Positions 39,082-50,808 of a DNA stretch of 64,000 bases are shown one piece after another (position 1 is the stretch's first letter; every line of letters begins with the position of its first letter). A program made the position numbers and the translations under genes. The notes beneath the pieces are model-generated. The model worked only from the letters and a program-made list of their open reading frames with translations. It was not told the DNA's origin and ran no database searches. The stretch is from Haplodiscus bocki (Eukaryota), in the NCBI GenBank assembly GCA_965655095.1, contig OZ296650.1, forward strand, positions 61,070,001 through 61,134,000, read 5' to 3'.

Positions 39082-40782
39082 ATGGCAACATTGAGGAACA
39101 AGAGAAAATTAGCGGCACTTTCAAGAGAAACACCGGAAGGCAGTAGAGGCAGTAGAGGACGGAATGTGCTTGACCCTGAGTTAACCCAGGATTACATCTC
39201 CCAAGTCTCCGAGGAGATTGAAGGGAGGGTAACCAAGAAACTTTCTAAGGAATTTAACAAAACGGAGTCACGCATCTTGGGTGCCTTATCGAAACTTGAC
39301 GTGTTTCTTCTTAACCCACAACTTCGGACTTGTTCTGTAGCCGCTCACGGAACGTCCAGAAACTCTAATACAGAAAACCGGGAAACTCATGGGGATCGCT
39401 CCTCAGGCGATCCCTATCCCGAAGTGGGGTATTTTCCTCACCACTCTGGTCAACTCAATAGCCCAGAGGCAGAGACCATCTCGCATACGGTGACCGAAAC
39501 TTACCAACACATAGTGAGAGGAGCTACAGGAGAAACTCGCACTTATCCTCACATGGTGACAGGAGCTACAGGAGAAATTCGCCATCACCCTAACACAATG
39601 ACAGCAGCTCAAGAAGAGATTCCCTACTGCTCCCCTACTACTTCGTCAGGCAAACAGAAGAAGGCGCGCTCCACAAGTAAACCTCAATTCCGCAGTGAGA
39701 AAACCCCTGCGACAATCGAAGCAGACCAGATTTTGTTGGCCCTTCAACATTTGGCGACGAACTCCAATTCAGCCAATTTCAACAATAATATTAGCCGAAT
39801 CTCGAAATTGCCTATATCTCTTACAACGACGATGCCTACGTTTGACGGAAAATCAGAGAAATTCGAACTGTTTGAAGATCTTTTCCAAACGAGTTTGAAA
39901 ATTTATAATCAGCTGACGGAAGAAGACAAAATAAACTACTTCCACTCTCTCATGCGTGGTGATGCTCTACAAACTTTCAAAAACATCACTAGCCCCTACA
40001 GAGAGAATTTGGGAGAAATCCTGACTGTGTTCGTAGAAAGTACGTGAAACCCCAGTCAATGGCTACGGCAAAACACAAGTTTCAATGGCTGGTCTTTAGC
40101 CCCGAAAACCAGAAGTTAATTGATTTTCTAGATGAACTCCAGGAACTGGCAGAAGACGCATTCGGAGTTGCAGCTCAAGCAATTATCGAACAATTCATCT
40201 ACGCCAAAATGCCTCCCTACCTAGAGAAATCAATTAACCAGGCGCATTTGGAAAACGGCACGTATGAACAGATTGTGTCGCATCTTGAAAGAGAGTTAGA
40301 ATTGAATGGTTTGGAAGCTCCAGACGAAATGCCCATAAACACTGTGACGCAACAAGCCCGACAGCAGAACTCTAATAGGCCCAGGCCAACGTGCCACCAT
40401 TGTAAAAAAACCAAGTCACTATCAGACTCAGTGCCGTCAACTCAAACGAGAGAAAGAACAAACACGAATTTTTACAAATAGTGCCAGTAACAACAATGGA
40501 AGAGCCCAAACGAATCCTTACCCCAACAACAAAGTTGCAAACAATACCAAAGGAAACAATATAAAGAATCAAAGAGACAGAAGACCAAAACCTTTCTTCT
40601 CACCCTGTGAGACAAGTGGTAGAACTAACCAATCAACAGAGAGATGTTATCTTGGAGCAAATGCAGCGAATAGACCGCCTCCACGAAATAGACGACCGGA
40701 AGGACAGAACCAAAGCCAGCAAAATAATGCTCAAAACAACTCAGACGGAAATTTCCAAGCTGCAGCCCAAGCTTTAAACTAA
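39082..40782 (+). pseudogene. gag: gag of the gypsy element (frameshifted near 40040 and 40410)
   Basis: ORFs 39082-40047 and 40044-40481; capsid-like MPTFDGKSEKFELFEDLF; CCHC knuckle TCHHCKK../H..QC (~40390-40435) and a second degenerate knuckle (~40603-40648); stop TAA at 40780-40782. Confidence 0.9.
39512..39567 (+). other. Primer-binding site, duplicated (degenerate TAGTGAGAGGAGCT at 39512; TGGTGACAGGAGCT at 39554)
   Basis: A TGG-type motif directly follows the LTR-terminal CA. It resembles Leu-tRNA-type PBSs (TGGTGTCAGGAG), but the primer tRNA was not verified. Confidence 0.7.
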
Positions 40783-40825
40783 AAACGCCACGTCTTCACT
40801 CCGGACCTGCATGTGACAGACCGGA
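40773..40825 (+). promoter_or_regulatory. -1 programmed ribosomal frameshift signal (gag-pol)
   Basis: Slippery heptamer T TTA AAC (40773-40779) is in correct phase just before the gag stop. Its -1 frame is the frame of pol ORF 40995 (offset 222 nt). A putative H-type pseudoknot follows: CACGT 40789/ATGTG 40811 and TCCGG 40800/CCGGA 40821. Confidence 0.8.
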
Positions 40826-43800
40826 CACAAATGGAAAATCTAAACTTCCACCAATTCCCGAGGTTGTCTGGCAGCAACCTACGGAAAACGATAGAAACCA
40901 AGATAAATAAAATAATATTACTAATGACTCGACTTTAAAGACAAATGTAGCAAGTCAAACGTCGCCACACAAGGGAACCCAACCACAAAACCACGTGGAC
41001 GCCACGGAACAATCTTCAAGAAAAACAGGGAATGAGCCAGTACCGTTCCTTGACTGCCTCAAAAACTCCTCTACCAACACCCAAAACACAGAACAGCTTG
41101 TAGTGACCACCCCTAATGGACTTACGACAACTCCACTTCCCACCACTGCAGCCCCACTAATTGAAGAACGGCTGGTGCGAGATGAACAAACGACTGAGGT
41201 ATATCTCCCATTAACGTCCACAGTAGTCTTGAAAAGGAAGCAAGAAATGCTCTACGTGCCTCTGGATTTTGAGAATAATCTGACAGTAGATGCTCTGGTG
41301 GACTCAGGAGCATTTGTCAGTGCAATCGCCCAGGATGACTTGGAAACAATCAGACAGAAAGCCCCCAATAACATTCTCAAAATCGACGACCCTCCCAATT
41401 TTCAAAAACAAGTAGCCAATGGCCAGTTAGTAAAACCATTATCAACAGCCACACTAAAATTTGAAATTGGAGATAAATCATTTGCTGAACACTTCGTCGT
41501 AATGAAGAAATTGACAGGGCCAATATTTGGATTGCATTTTATGAGGAACAACAGTGTAGTCATCGACACGACACACGGACTCATACATTTTCCCCACTTA
41601 ACGATGCAAAATAAAACAGCCTCAAGTGAGACAACCACCAACGAACAACCAGTCATCACTGACAAAGCACTGACCATACCACCAACGACGACAAAAACAA
41701 TCACAGCCTTCATTGACCATCCATCGAAATTGAACACAACAGGCACTGTGACACCGCTGGAGAAGTTTACGGAAAGAGCAAGTCTGCTGATTTCCCACTC
41801 AATGTCGACAATAAATGACAAAAGAATAGCAGTCAGAGTGACCAACACAACGGAATCACCATATCACAAAAAAAACACACATAGATTGCAGAATTCTCCG
41901 TGGTTACTCCTGAGCAGTCCAAGCACATTAAACCAGTAGATATGGCAATCCTTAGTATGATTCCACAAGGCGATCCTGACCTGACTGCCTACTTGAATGA
42001 ACTTCTCAGAACGAACAAACCCGAACAGCAAGACAGCACGTTCTGGTTCCCAACACCCGAAAATCCTGGAAAGACTGAGGATCATACTCCAATACAGACA
42101 AGAATCCTCAAAGAATTGAATGAACTCAAGGACAAGGAAAAACTCAATCACAAGAGAGCACAGAAGCACAAAACAAATTTCTCAAACGATTTGATTGGAC
42201 AGATACACTTCTTACCGAAACGGAAAAACAAGCAATCGAAGATATCCTGGTTGAGTACCATGATATTTTCGCCAGACACAGAATGGATATTGGGATGAAC
42301 ACGGAGTTCAAGGTGAAATTAAGTCCCGAAGATGACAAAGCTGTCTATAGCCAAAATCAGCCAATGCCAATCCACCTGATAGAAGACCTAATTGTCGAAT
42401 TAGCTCTATTGCACAAATATGGCAATATCACAGTACTGCCTTTCTCCAAGTACGCGAGCCCCATAATTGCGCCAAGGAAGCCTAACGGGAAATTGCCTCT
42501 CCTTGTGGATCTACGGAAAATCAACAGTCTGATTGCGGATGACTATACTAACAACAATCATCCAGTTAGCACTCTGTCAGATGCAGCACGACACTTGGCA
42601 GGGAAGTCACTGTTCTGCAAACTAGATTGCTCACAAGCTTATCACTGTTTGCAGATGGCGGACCAACGCTCAGTGGAAATGCTTGCATTCATTATTGCTA
42701 GCAAAACTTTTGCCTAAAAAAGACTCGCACAAAGTCTTAGCAGATCTGTGTTTGCTTTTTGAAGTTTCATGCGTAAGTACTTGGACCCAGTAGTCAAAGC
42801 TGATCAATGTGCCCAATACGTAGACGACATTGGAATCGCAGCCAATAAAGCTACGGACCTTACCCGGAACATCCGAGCAGTCTTCAAGTGCATTCGCTAA
42901 GCAGCATTGAAACTGACAATTGAAAAATGTCATTTTGGAGTAAGACAAGTAGAGTTCCTAGGTAGAACAATTTCACCAGAAGGAATCTCACCGCAAGCTC
43001 AGAAAATTCACAATTTCCTTGATAAACTTAGATTCCCCAAATCGAAAAAGGCATTACAGCGCTATCTGGGTTTCGTGAACTACTACAGAAAATATATACC
43101 CAGAATGTCTGAAAAACTCAATCCGTTCTATAAATTGCCTAAAACGGAAGTGCCAATCAATATTAAGTCAGAACTGGAAGAAACATTTGTTTCAGTCAAC
43201 AAATCTCTCAGTGATGCTTGTGAACTAGCATTGAAACAACCCAATCCAGGAAAGCAGCTCGTCCTTATGACGGACGCCAGCTTCAGAAGTGCCGGATATG
43301 CCCTCACGATTGAAGACAATCCCGATCAGAAAATACAATCAAAGGGGAAAACGTATGCCCTCGTGGCATTTGGCTCAAAAACTTTCTCCACTGCACAACT
43401 AAAGATGTCCATATACTCAAAAGAATTTTTGGCAATCTAAATGGCATTTCTTGAATTTACACACATTTTATGGGAAGCAACAAAACCAACAATCGTCTTG
43501 ACAGACAACATGTTCGTCACCCGCTTTTTCCAAACAAAGGCAATCCCACCAGCACTCTGGAATGCATGTGATTACGTATTCCAATTCAACTTTAAAATAG
43601 CACATATTGCTGGATCAGTCAACACTGCAATTGACCTTCTCTCTAGATTTGAACTTAACGTTACGGAGAAGATACCTCTCAAAATCAGGGAGGATATCCA
43701 CACAACACCTATTGAGGTGACCACCTCTTCCTCTGATGTCGCCGACGAAGAACAAATTTTCTTCACACACGCAGACAACGGTAGAGAGTCAGAAGAAAAA

Positions 43801-45644
43801 ACTCTTGAACGAAAAGAGCAATCTTGACAAAAGGCGAAGCAATGGGCCGCGAATGAAGAATCACCCGCCTTAAAGACAAGCGTGAAAGAATTCACGAAGA
43901 TCGACGGGAACACACACTACGTCGTATTCCATGAACGGAATTAAAGCAAATGCAAGAATACGAGTACAGCAGGAAGTCGATCTTGTGTTGAAGAACATGA
44001 AACACAAAACCTTAGGCCAACCGTGCGATGAAGTGTTAATAATGACAGACTCACGATACAAAAACTACAAGGCATATGACACCGCATAATTCTTAAAGAC
44101 GGCCTACTGTTCAGGAAATATTTTGGGTAGCGTCAAATACTACCAATTTTTCATCCGCAAGCAATTAATTAAAGAAGTTCTACGCAGCCTGCATGGAGAA
44201 ATTGGCAAGCACCCAGGAATTTTTAAAACAATAAATGCTTACAATGAAAAATATTATTTTCCAAAAATGGCGCAATTATTCAGGGAGTGGGTCAGGTCAT
44301 GTGAGCAATGCATTAGAGAATCACGTATTGATCGTAGCTTCACCCGCTTCCCCCTGCAAAACCCAAACGAACACATTACTGCGCCCGAAGATGGCATGCA
44401 ATTTGATTTGGTGCCGGAATTACCGCCATCTGGTGGCTTTGAAAACATTGAGGCAGCTTTGGATGTGTTTTCCCGCTGTTTATTGGCATACCCGACACCA
44501 AATCAGGACGCCAAAACCATCGCGTAAAGTCCTAATTAACATCATGACTAGGCACGCCTACTTACCAACGACGCTCATCTCAGATAAAGGTACAGCCTTT
44601 ATGTCACGAGTAATTAAAGAAGTGGCCGGCGTCCTTGGCATTACTCTAAAGCACGCCACTACAAAGCACGCTCAAACAATTGGGCTACTTGAACGATCTC
44701 ACGCGTCAATGAAACAAGCATTGAGGATTGAGACAGGCGAGCGGAGATCCTTGTGGCACAAATACATTAACATTGCAGTCCTAAACTAAAACACTTCCTA
44801 TCACACAAGTAACGGCTGTGAGCCAAGCCGGGTCTTTCACGGCAGAATTCCTTACAATATATTGGGTGTAAAATTGGGAGTTCCTCCACAGCAGCAGCCC
44901 ATTCCTACTTCGCAAATTGCCCAAGAAGTTTTTGAACAAACAGAGATGATCCATCAAGATGTTCGCAAGAACACCATGCAATCGTACATTAAATACAAAG
45001 CCTACTATGACAAAAAGGCCAACGCTTCAAAACCTAAAGAAGCAGATTATGTATACGTCTTGCAGCCAAAAGCGGATCATCAAGGCAGCAAAATTCCATT
45101 CACACAATTTCGATGGATTGGCCCGTATATTATCGAAAAAGTATAACCAAATAACAATTATCTGGTACGAAAAATTAGCACTAACAAAACGCAAGTGCTT
45201 CATCGGATGAGAATGCGTCAGTTCAAACCCCGCCAATTACCAGCTGACAAAACAGTCAAGCCGCAAGAATACAAATCCGATCCCGAAGTGAGTCTTAATC
45301 ACGACGATTTATATGCAAGAGCGTTGGAATATGACTTTGAGCAGCCAATTTTTGACGCTGAGAACGATAATGAGGCGCCAACCAATTCACAAGAAATTCC
45401 AGTACAGTCTGATTTTTCAACGGAGGAAATGAGGAACACACCAGGAGAGCCACATATGTGTTACCCAGAGATTTTCCCCAATACAGATGAGCTCGGTGAC
45501 GTAGCAGATACGTGTCCACATAAGGAACCTGATGTGGAAACAAGCTCGGAACAACCGCAAAATAGCCCGACCAACCCCCACAGTTCCAAATACAACTTAC
45601 GTCATAACCCGAAGCCTTACTGCAATGACGACTACCGACATTAG
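40773..45644 (+). pseudogene. pol: pol polyprotein (protease, RT, RNase H, integrase), disrupted by multiple stops and frameshifts
   Basis: PR ALVDSGA; RT LVDLRKIN, KLDCSQAY and YVDD (42817-42828); RNase H LMTDAS..YSKEFLAI; integrase H..GKHPG..C..C, FDLVPELP, SDKG, LERSH and GPY-motif WIGPY. Confidence 0.96.
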
Positions 45645-46055
45645 CTTGTCCGTACAATAAGTCTGTTCCACGTAGTGCGCCCGCAGCCGTTCCACAAATT
45701 CTAGGAATGCGCTACGTGGCACATACGTGGCAGCCCAAATCTTCCTACATACCTCAACTGTGGCTATTCCCTGGAAACTTACTCATCCGTTACACAGTAG
45801 GAACTATTCCAAAACACGACCACTAACACTAAATTCAGTAGTATTTTTTCTCTATATTTGGCCGGTTATTCCTCTATTATTCAATTATTCTTTTTCTGTT
45901 TCCTTTTCTGGACTAATGGACTACAATTATACATACAATCAACATCAAACATCAATACAGAAGGCAATTCAATGCGGCACAAAAAGGGCAAACCAGTATA
46001 AATTGGCAGACTACAAAAGACAATCACAAATGTTCAGATGAAGCAGGTATTGTGT

Positions 46056-49000
46056 TTATGGAAAGCCCATTTGAAACACTGGAACAGCACGACGATCACG
46101 CCCACTCCGACGAGACTTCCCACGAGAAGTTGATACGGCCAAAGCAGACGAAAAACTCGGGTCCTCTGCTAAAGACCGTCTTGGGGGACTAGCTGGGGGA
46201 CTTGACACTTCAAACCTCCGTGGCAACTTCATGGAAATACGAGTGATTTTTTTCTTCCTCTTGCTGGAAGGAGAACGGATTTTGCTTGGCCCAGGAGAAC
46301 CAAGAGCAGGCGGACCAACAGGCACGTACTCAACGCGCCCCTCCTCAACGTCGTCCGATATCCGCACCCCTGGCCTTGACGCTCTCTCACTACGAGGGGT
46401 GCCACTATGATACCAGCGCTCACCAGTGTCCTTGGCAGCGCGACGGCTCAACACCACCCGATCCCAACAAGTGCACAGATCTGAGATGACCTGACTAGCA
46501 GACGCAGATGCAACAACACTCCATGGCGCATACACAGGGCTCGCCGTAATGCTATCAGCGATAGCAACAGATTCCGACAACATGCTCAAGCCTGTTTCCG
46601 AGAAGAAACTCCTCTGCGTGAAGTGCATACAAAGCAGGACACCACGCACTTCCTCCTTTTCGATGGCGACACAATCCAAATTGATGGGGAACTCCTCACA
46701 CTTTGCTGAAGACCCACGGATCACAAGCGTCGTCAACTGGAACACCTGAAATACAGAGCCACATAGAAGGTTGAGACAATACAAGGGGGTTAAAGCCACA
46801 AACCTGACTGGTTACGATACATACTTCATACAGGTGCCGACGAGTGCGAAAACCAGCCTGTCCAGAACAGAACGACAGGACGTCACCTACGTCAGGGTGG
46901 CTGCTCGTGGACGACCGCTCCAGCTGCCGATGTTCCTGCACAAAGGACTGGTACTCAGCCCGGCACGCCTCAACCTCGCTCCCCCCTGGTCCAACCCTTC
47001 TCCAGCAGCCCATCCGAGAGCTTGTTGGAAAGCTGCAAAGGAGCAATGTCGTCCCCACCAACCACAGTTGCAGGGCAAAAACAACTGAAACCCTGTCCGA
47101 TGACAGAGCGTGCAGAAACGGTAGACAGAACACAATTCACGAAATATTCTAGAAACCGGCGTTCATCACGACGGAATTCTTTCTGTAGATAATGGCTACC
47201 GACTTTGCCCAACGCGCAGCCATCACACTGGTCCCTTCCAAAACGTTCTTATCATCGATGGCTGGAAATCGAGAATGATTGGGCACAACGTATTCTTCCC
47301 ACTGTTCGACGTGAGGAAATGAGGACGTTTTCTTGATTTGCTGCAGCAGGCAATATATGAATCGCGCCAACTCTCCAAAAGCGAGGTAACCCTGATCTGC
47401 TGCAGTGGAGGAGTGAACGAAATTATTGGCAACTGAAACAGAAACATGTATCATAGACAGGGCGACATCGATTGCGCCCACCCATGCACTGCTATGATGC
47501 ATAAAATCCACCCGAAAGAAAACAAGGAATCACGGTGGAGCGGTACTAGTGTGTTCCCAAGGGACGACTGGCAAATTTCCCCGGAACCACTATGTACCCC
47601 TTGCAAAACACACGGGACAACAATATATGGGACTACTTACAGATTTCAAGAAGAAGGTGCAGCAGACGGAACTTCATTTGCGCCATTTGGTCCAAGTAGA
47701 AGTACCCGTCAATTACCTTCTTCCGAAACAAAACACAGCACAATGAATGCGGGTATGGGAAACTGCACCAACACGACCAAAAAGAGGAAGACTTTACCAC
47801 AAGACTATCCCCATCGTCTTTGCGTCCCGTCTCTTTCAAGTAGAAGACAATCAGGGGCCAAACGCCGATGATGTTGGCAACAACGTTGACAAGATGTGGC
47901 ATACTCAAGCCGTTGGTCAGGATGGCCTTTTTCAGAGCGGGACGGGAGGACAACCAATCACGCGTCTCAGCACCTTTTAACCGATTCACAATGAACTGCG
48001 AGCCAGTCCAAACTCCCGAACACACTGGAAGATGTCCACTGTAAGCACCGTCTCAACAGCCGAAGGTCGAAAACTGGGTAGTCAATGAGTTACTGACGAT
48101 ACCCACTGCCCGAATATTCACAAAAGGCTTCAACAAGGACGGTCGAGCCACCGCTGATTGACGCTACTGAAATGTCAGGCCCCAATGCATCCACCACCCG
48201 ACCCAATGCTGAAATTTCCTGATGAGGATCGCTGCTGTACCGATCCAGCGTGGCCACACAAACTCGTGTGAAGGTGTCTACATCCCTAGTGCGCAGAAAC
48301 ACCCGCACCTGGTCACCTTCCTCCTCAAACTCAAGACTACAGCTCCCGTGCGATTTGGCCCAGTTGAAGCAGCGAGACAGAATTCGTGTATACATCCCAT
48401 TCAGGATGATCGACTAAAACAATCAAAACAAATTGGATGCACACAGGCCTCGCAGAACATACGAAGCAAAAGTATAACTACTAACCAAGACCTCGTCATG
48501 TGACCACGTGACATCCACGTTTACACGGACGGCAGAAAAAGTGAACTGCGCCCAGAGACGGTAGACAAGCTCATAGCTTCCACCCAGACGCAGCACTTCA
48601 ACGAGGGATGAAACCTTAGCCATCACCCCCAAATTCGGTTCCACAGCACCAGTTTTGTCAACAATGACGTCTTCTGAGAAAGGGTACTCCCTGTCTCTCA
48701 CGACCAAAGAAGCCCTCATGAGTTTTTCTCGCTGGCGCTCTACCTCTGCTGGGCTCATGACGTTCCCCTCATAGTCAAGCACTTCCCAGCCTGGCGTCTC
48801 CAACCGCAAACGTTGATCGCGCGGAAAGTGTTTGCTGCCCTGGAAGTGCCGCAAAGTCTCGTGATGACCATGAGTCAGCACAGAAACGTCCGTGCGACAA
48901 AATCTGCAGTAAAAATGACTGGGTTTTGTCGGAACATCTGTCGGCCCTGACACCAAGAATCACCCAACGTCACTCGTTCCGCAAGCTCGCTTCATCTTGT

Positions 49001-50394
49001 ACGTCTTCTTCGAACGTAACCTCCGCCGTGCCTCACCAGCATCACTCTCGTCACCACTCGTGTCAGTGGTATCGCCCAACCGAGGTAGAACACGGGATGG
49101 CCTCTGTTCCACCGGCTCCGGTCGACTCAGAACATCATCTAATCCTGTGAACAGCAAATCTGCTTGAAAAATGTGGACAAAAAGAAAAATCATGAGTATG
49201 CGGAAGGAAATTATGCTGCATTAAACAACATGAAGGAAAGAGAACATTATGTGCTGCTGAAAGAAACAATGTTAACTTGTCACAATCGGATCAAGAATTT
49301 GCGCCCGCTCCTCAGCACACACAGAACGACACAGACTCACCAGCTGGTGACCTGTCGCATTGATGGGCGTAATAGCAGGATCCGCGGAAAAGTGGTCTGA
49401 AACAAAACAATGAAAATGAGGAACCGCCGTGGGACGCCACTATGAAATTCCTCAATTTGAATGATACCAACCATCGTCGAAAGCCTTCTCAAGTAATGCC
49501 GGACTGTGGTCCCGACCCGAAAAGTCTATTGAAGCTGACGCACTTCGCGCCAGAGGCACTAGGCGACAAGAAATTCTGGCACTGCGTGATCTCCTCTGTC
49601 TTCTCGTTTCAGCTTCTGTTGAGATGTCCCCCTCTCCGAATTCAACTGTTGGGATTTCTACTGGACCTAAAAACGAACAGAGATGAGACTGACCCAAATC
49701 TCCCCTAATACAACACGTAGAACAATACATACTTGACTCGTAATCCATGGGAGCATGTACTATGGCGCCAAGACCGTCCTCGCATGACGTGCGCCCAACT
49801 TCAAACTCAGTCCCGGAACAACCCGGAGCAAAAGAGTCACCAAAGTCTGGATGACCAGCAGGCTCACCAGACGAATCAAACACTAAAACACAACATCCCG
49901 AAGATACCTTCTTCATGAAGAGGCGCGCGCTGTTTACTAGCTTATGGAAAGTATGAGTGGCCACCATATGAATCCAACAAACCAAAAAGCTAATGAGCTA
50001 TGAAGAAAGAAGACTCACGTGTACGCAAACGAGATATGCCAACAACACCCTCAGGCAAGGTCTCTACTGATAAGTTTGCCGTACCAGCGGATCAGCCTTC
50101 AGACTCCGCACCACCTGCTGGACTGATCTCGCTCATGATGTCGACAAAACTATCGTTGTGCTCTGCCTCTCCTTCGCGATAACCTACAGTGCTCTCCTCG
50201 CCAGAAACAGCATTTCCAGATTCTCCAACGCACTCCTCATCTTCCTCCAAAACCGGAGATACTCCAGGAACAACACGAACATTTGGCACCAAGCTCACAG
50301 TTGATGTCGTCTCGTCAATCGCCAATTCCCCCTCCGCTGAACTTGACACACCCTCAGTGACAAGGGCGGCCGATCTATTCTCCGAACTTGCCAT
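46056..50394 (-). pseudogene. Antisense multi-exon accessory gene; zinc-finger protein resembling a degenerate hAT-family transposase
   Basis: Consecutive minus-strand ORFs are joined in frame by short GT-AG introns (49937-50018, 49667-49732, 48414-48485, 46746-46824). It has a zinc finger FYCRFCRTDVSVLTHGHHETLRHFQGSKH and a hAT-dimerisation-like HLYE|VFQLTTLVIRGSSAKCE. This copy has a few premature stops and frameshifts. Confidence 0.72.
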
Positions 50395-50808
50395 TCAGAT
50401 TCGGTGCAAGACATGGCTAATGGGCTAATGAGCTAATATTTTTACATGGTGGATTTACATATTTTTTCATAAAATTCCAATTATTTTATTCAAAAGTGTG
50501 ATTAATTTGTCTGCCAGCATTGACGTCAGCATGCATTTTCAAGGATACTTTGAGGAATCATACTCAAGTATTCTTTAAATTTAGAGACTCCGTTGTTCAG
50601 ATTTGTTTACATCTCATCAACTTCAACTGCACTCTTGACTTCCTACTTTCACTGACGCAGAGCAGCGGCGCGGGAACATCAAACGAAATCCCGATTCAGG
50701 AAAGTGGATTCCTATTACCCGCAATACTGATCACTTTACCAATCTTCATCGATTGAAATCAGTTGCTTCGACCAGATAACTTAATTTTCAAACTTTACAA
50801 CCCTCAAG
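50395..50808. promoter_or_regulatory. Candidate internal bidirectional promoter
   Basis: A 414-bp gap separates divergent ATGs (50394 minus, 50809 plus). It contains an AT-rich tract and a TGACGTCA palindrome at 50521-50528. Confidence 0.4.

Larger units (their letters stand above)
37725..39511 (+). repeat. 5' LTR (1787 bp)
   Basis: Starts TGTCGCAG and ends ..CTTACCAACACA. It is a direct repeat of 51401-53136 and is followed immediately by a PBS-like sequence. Confidence 0.93.

Noticed and set aside
41402-41848. Hydrophobic-looking antisense ORFs over pol
   Set aside because: These are shadows of the A/C-rich pol coding strand.
45650-50800. Antisense gene as a simple nested hAT DNA transposon insertion
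   Set aside because: I found no terminal inverted repeats or 8-bp TSD by eye, and the catalytic motifs look altered. It is not fully excluded without comparing other copies.
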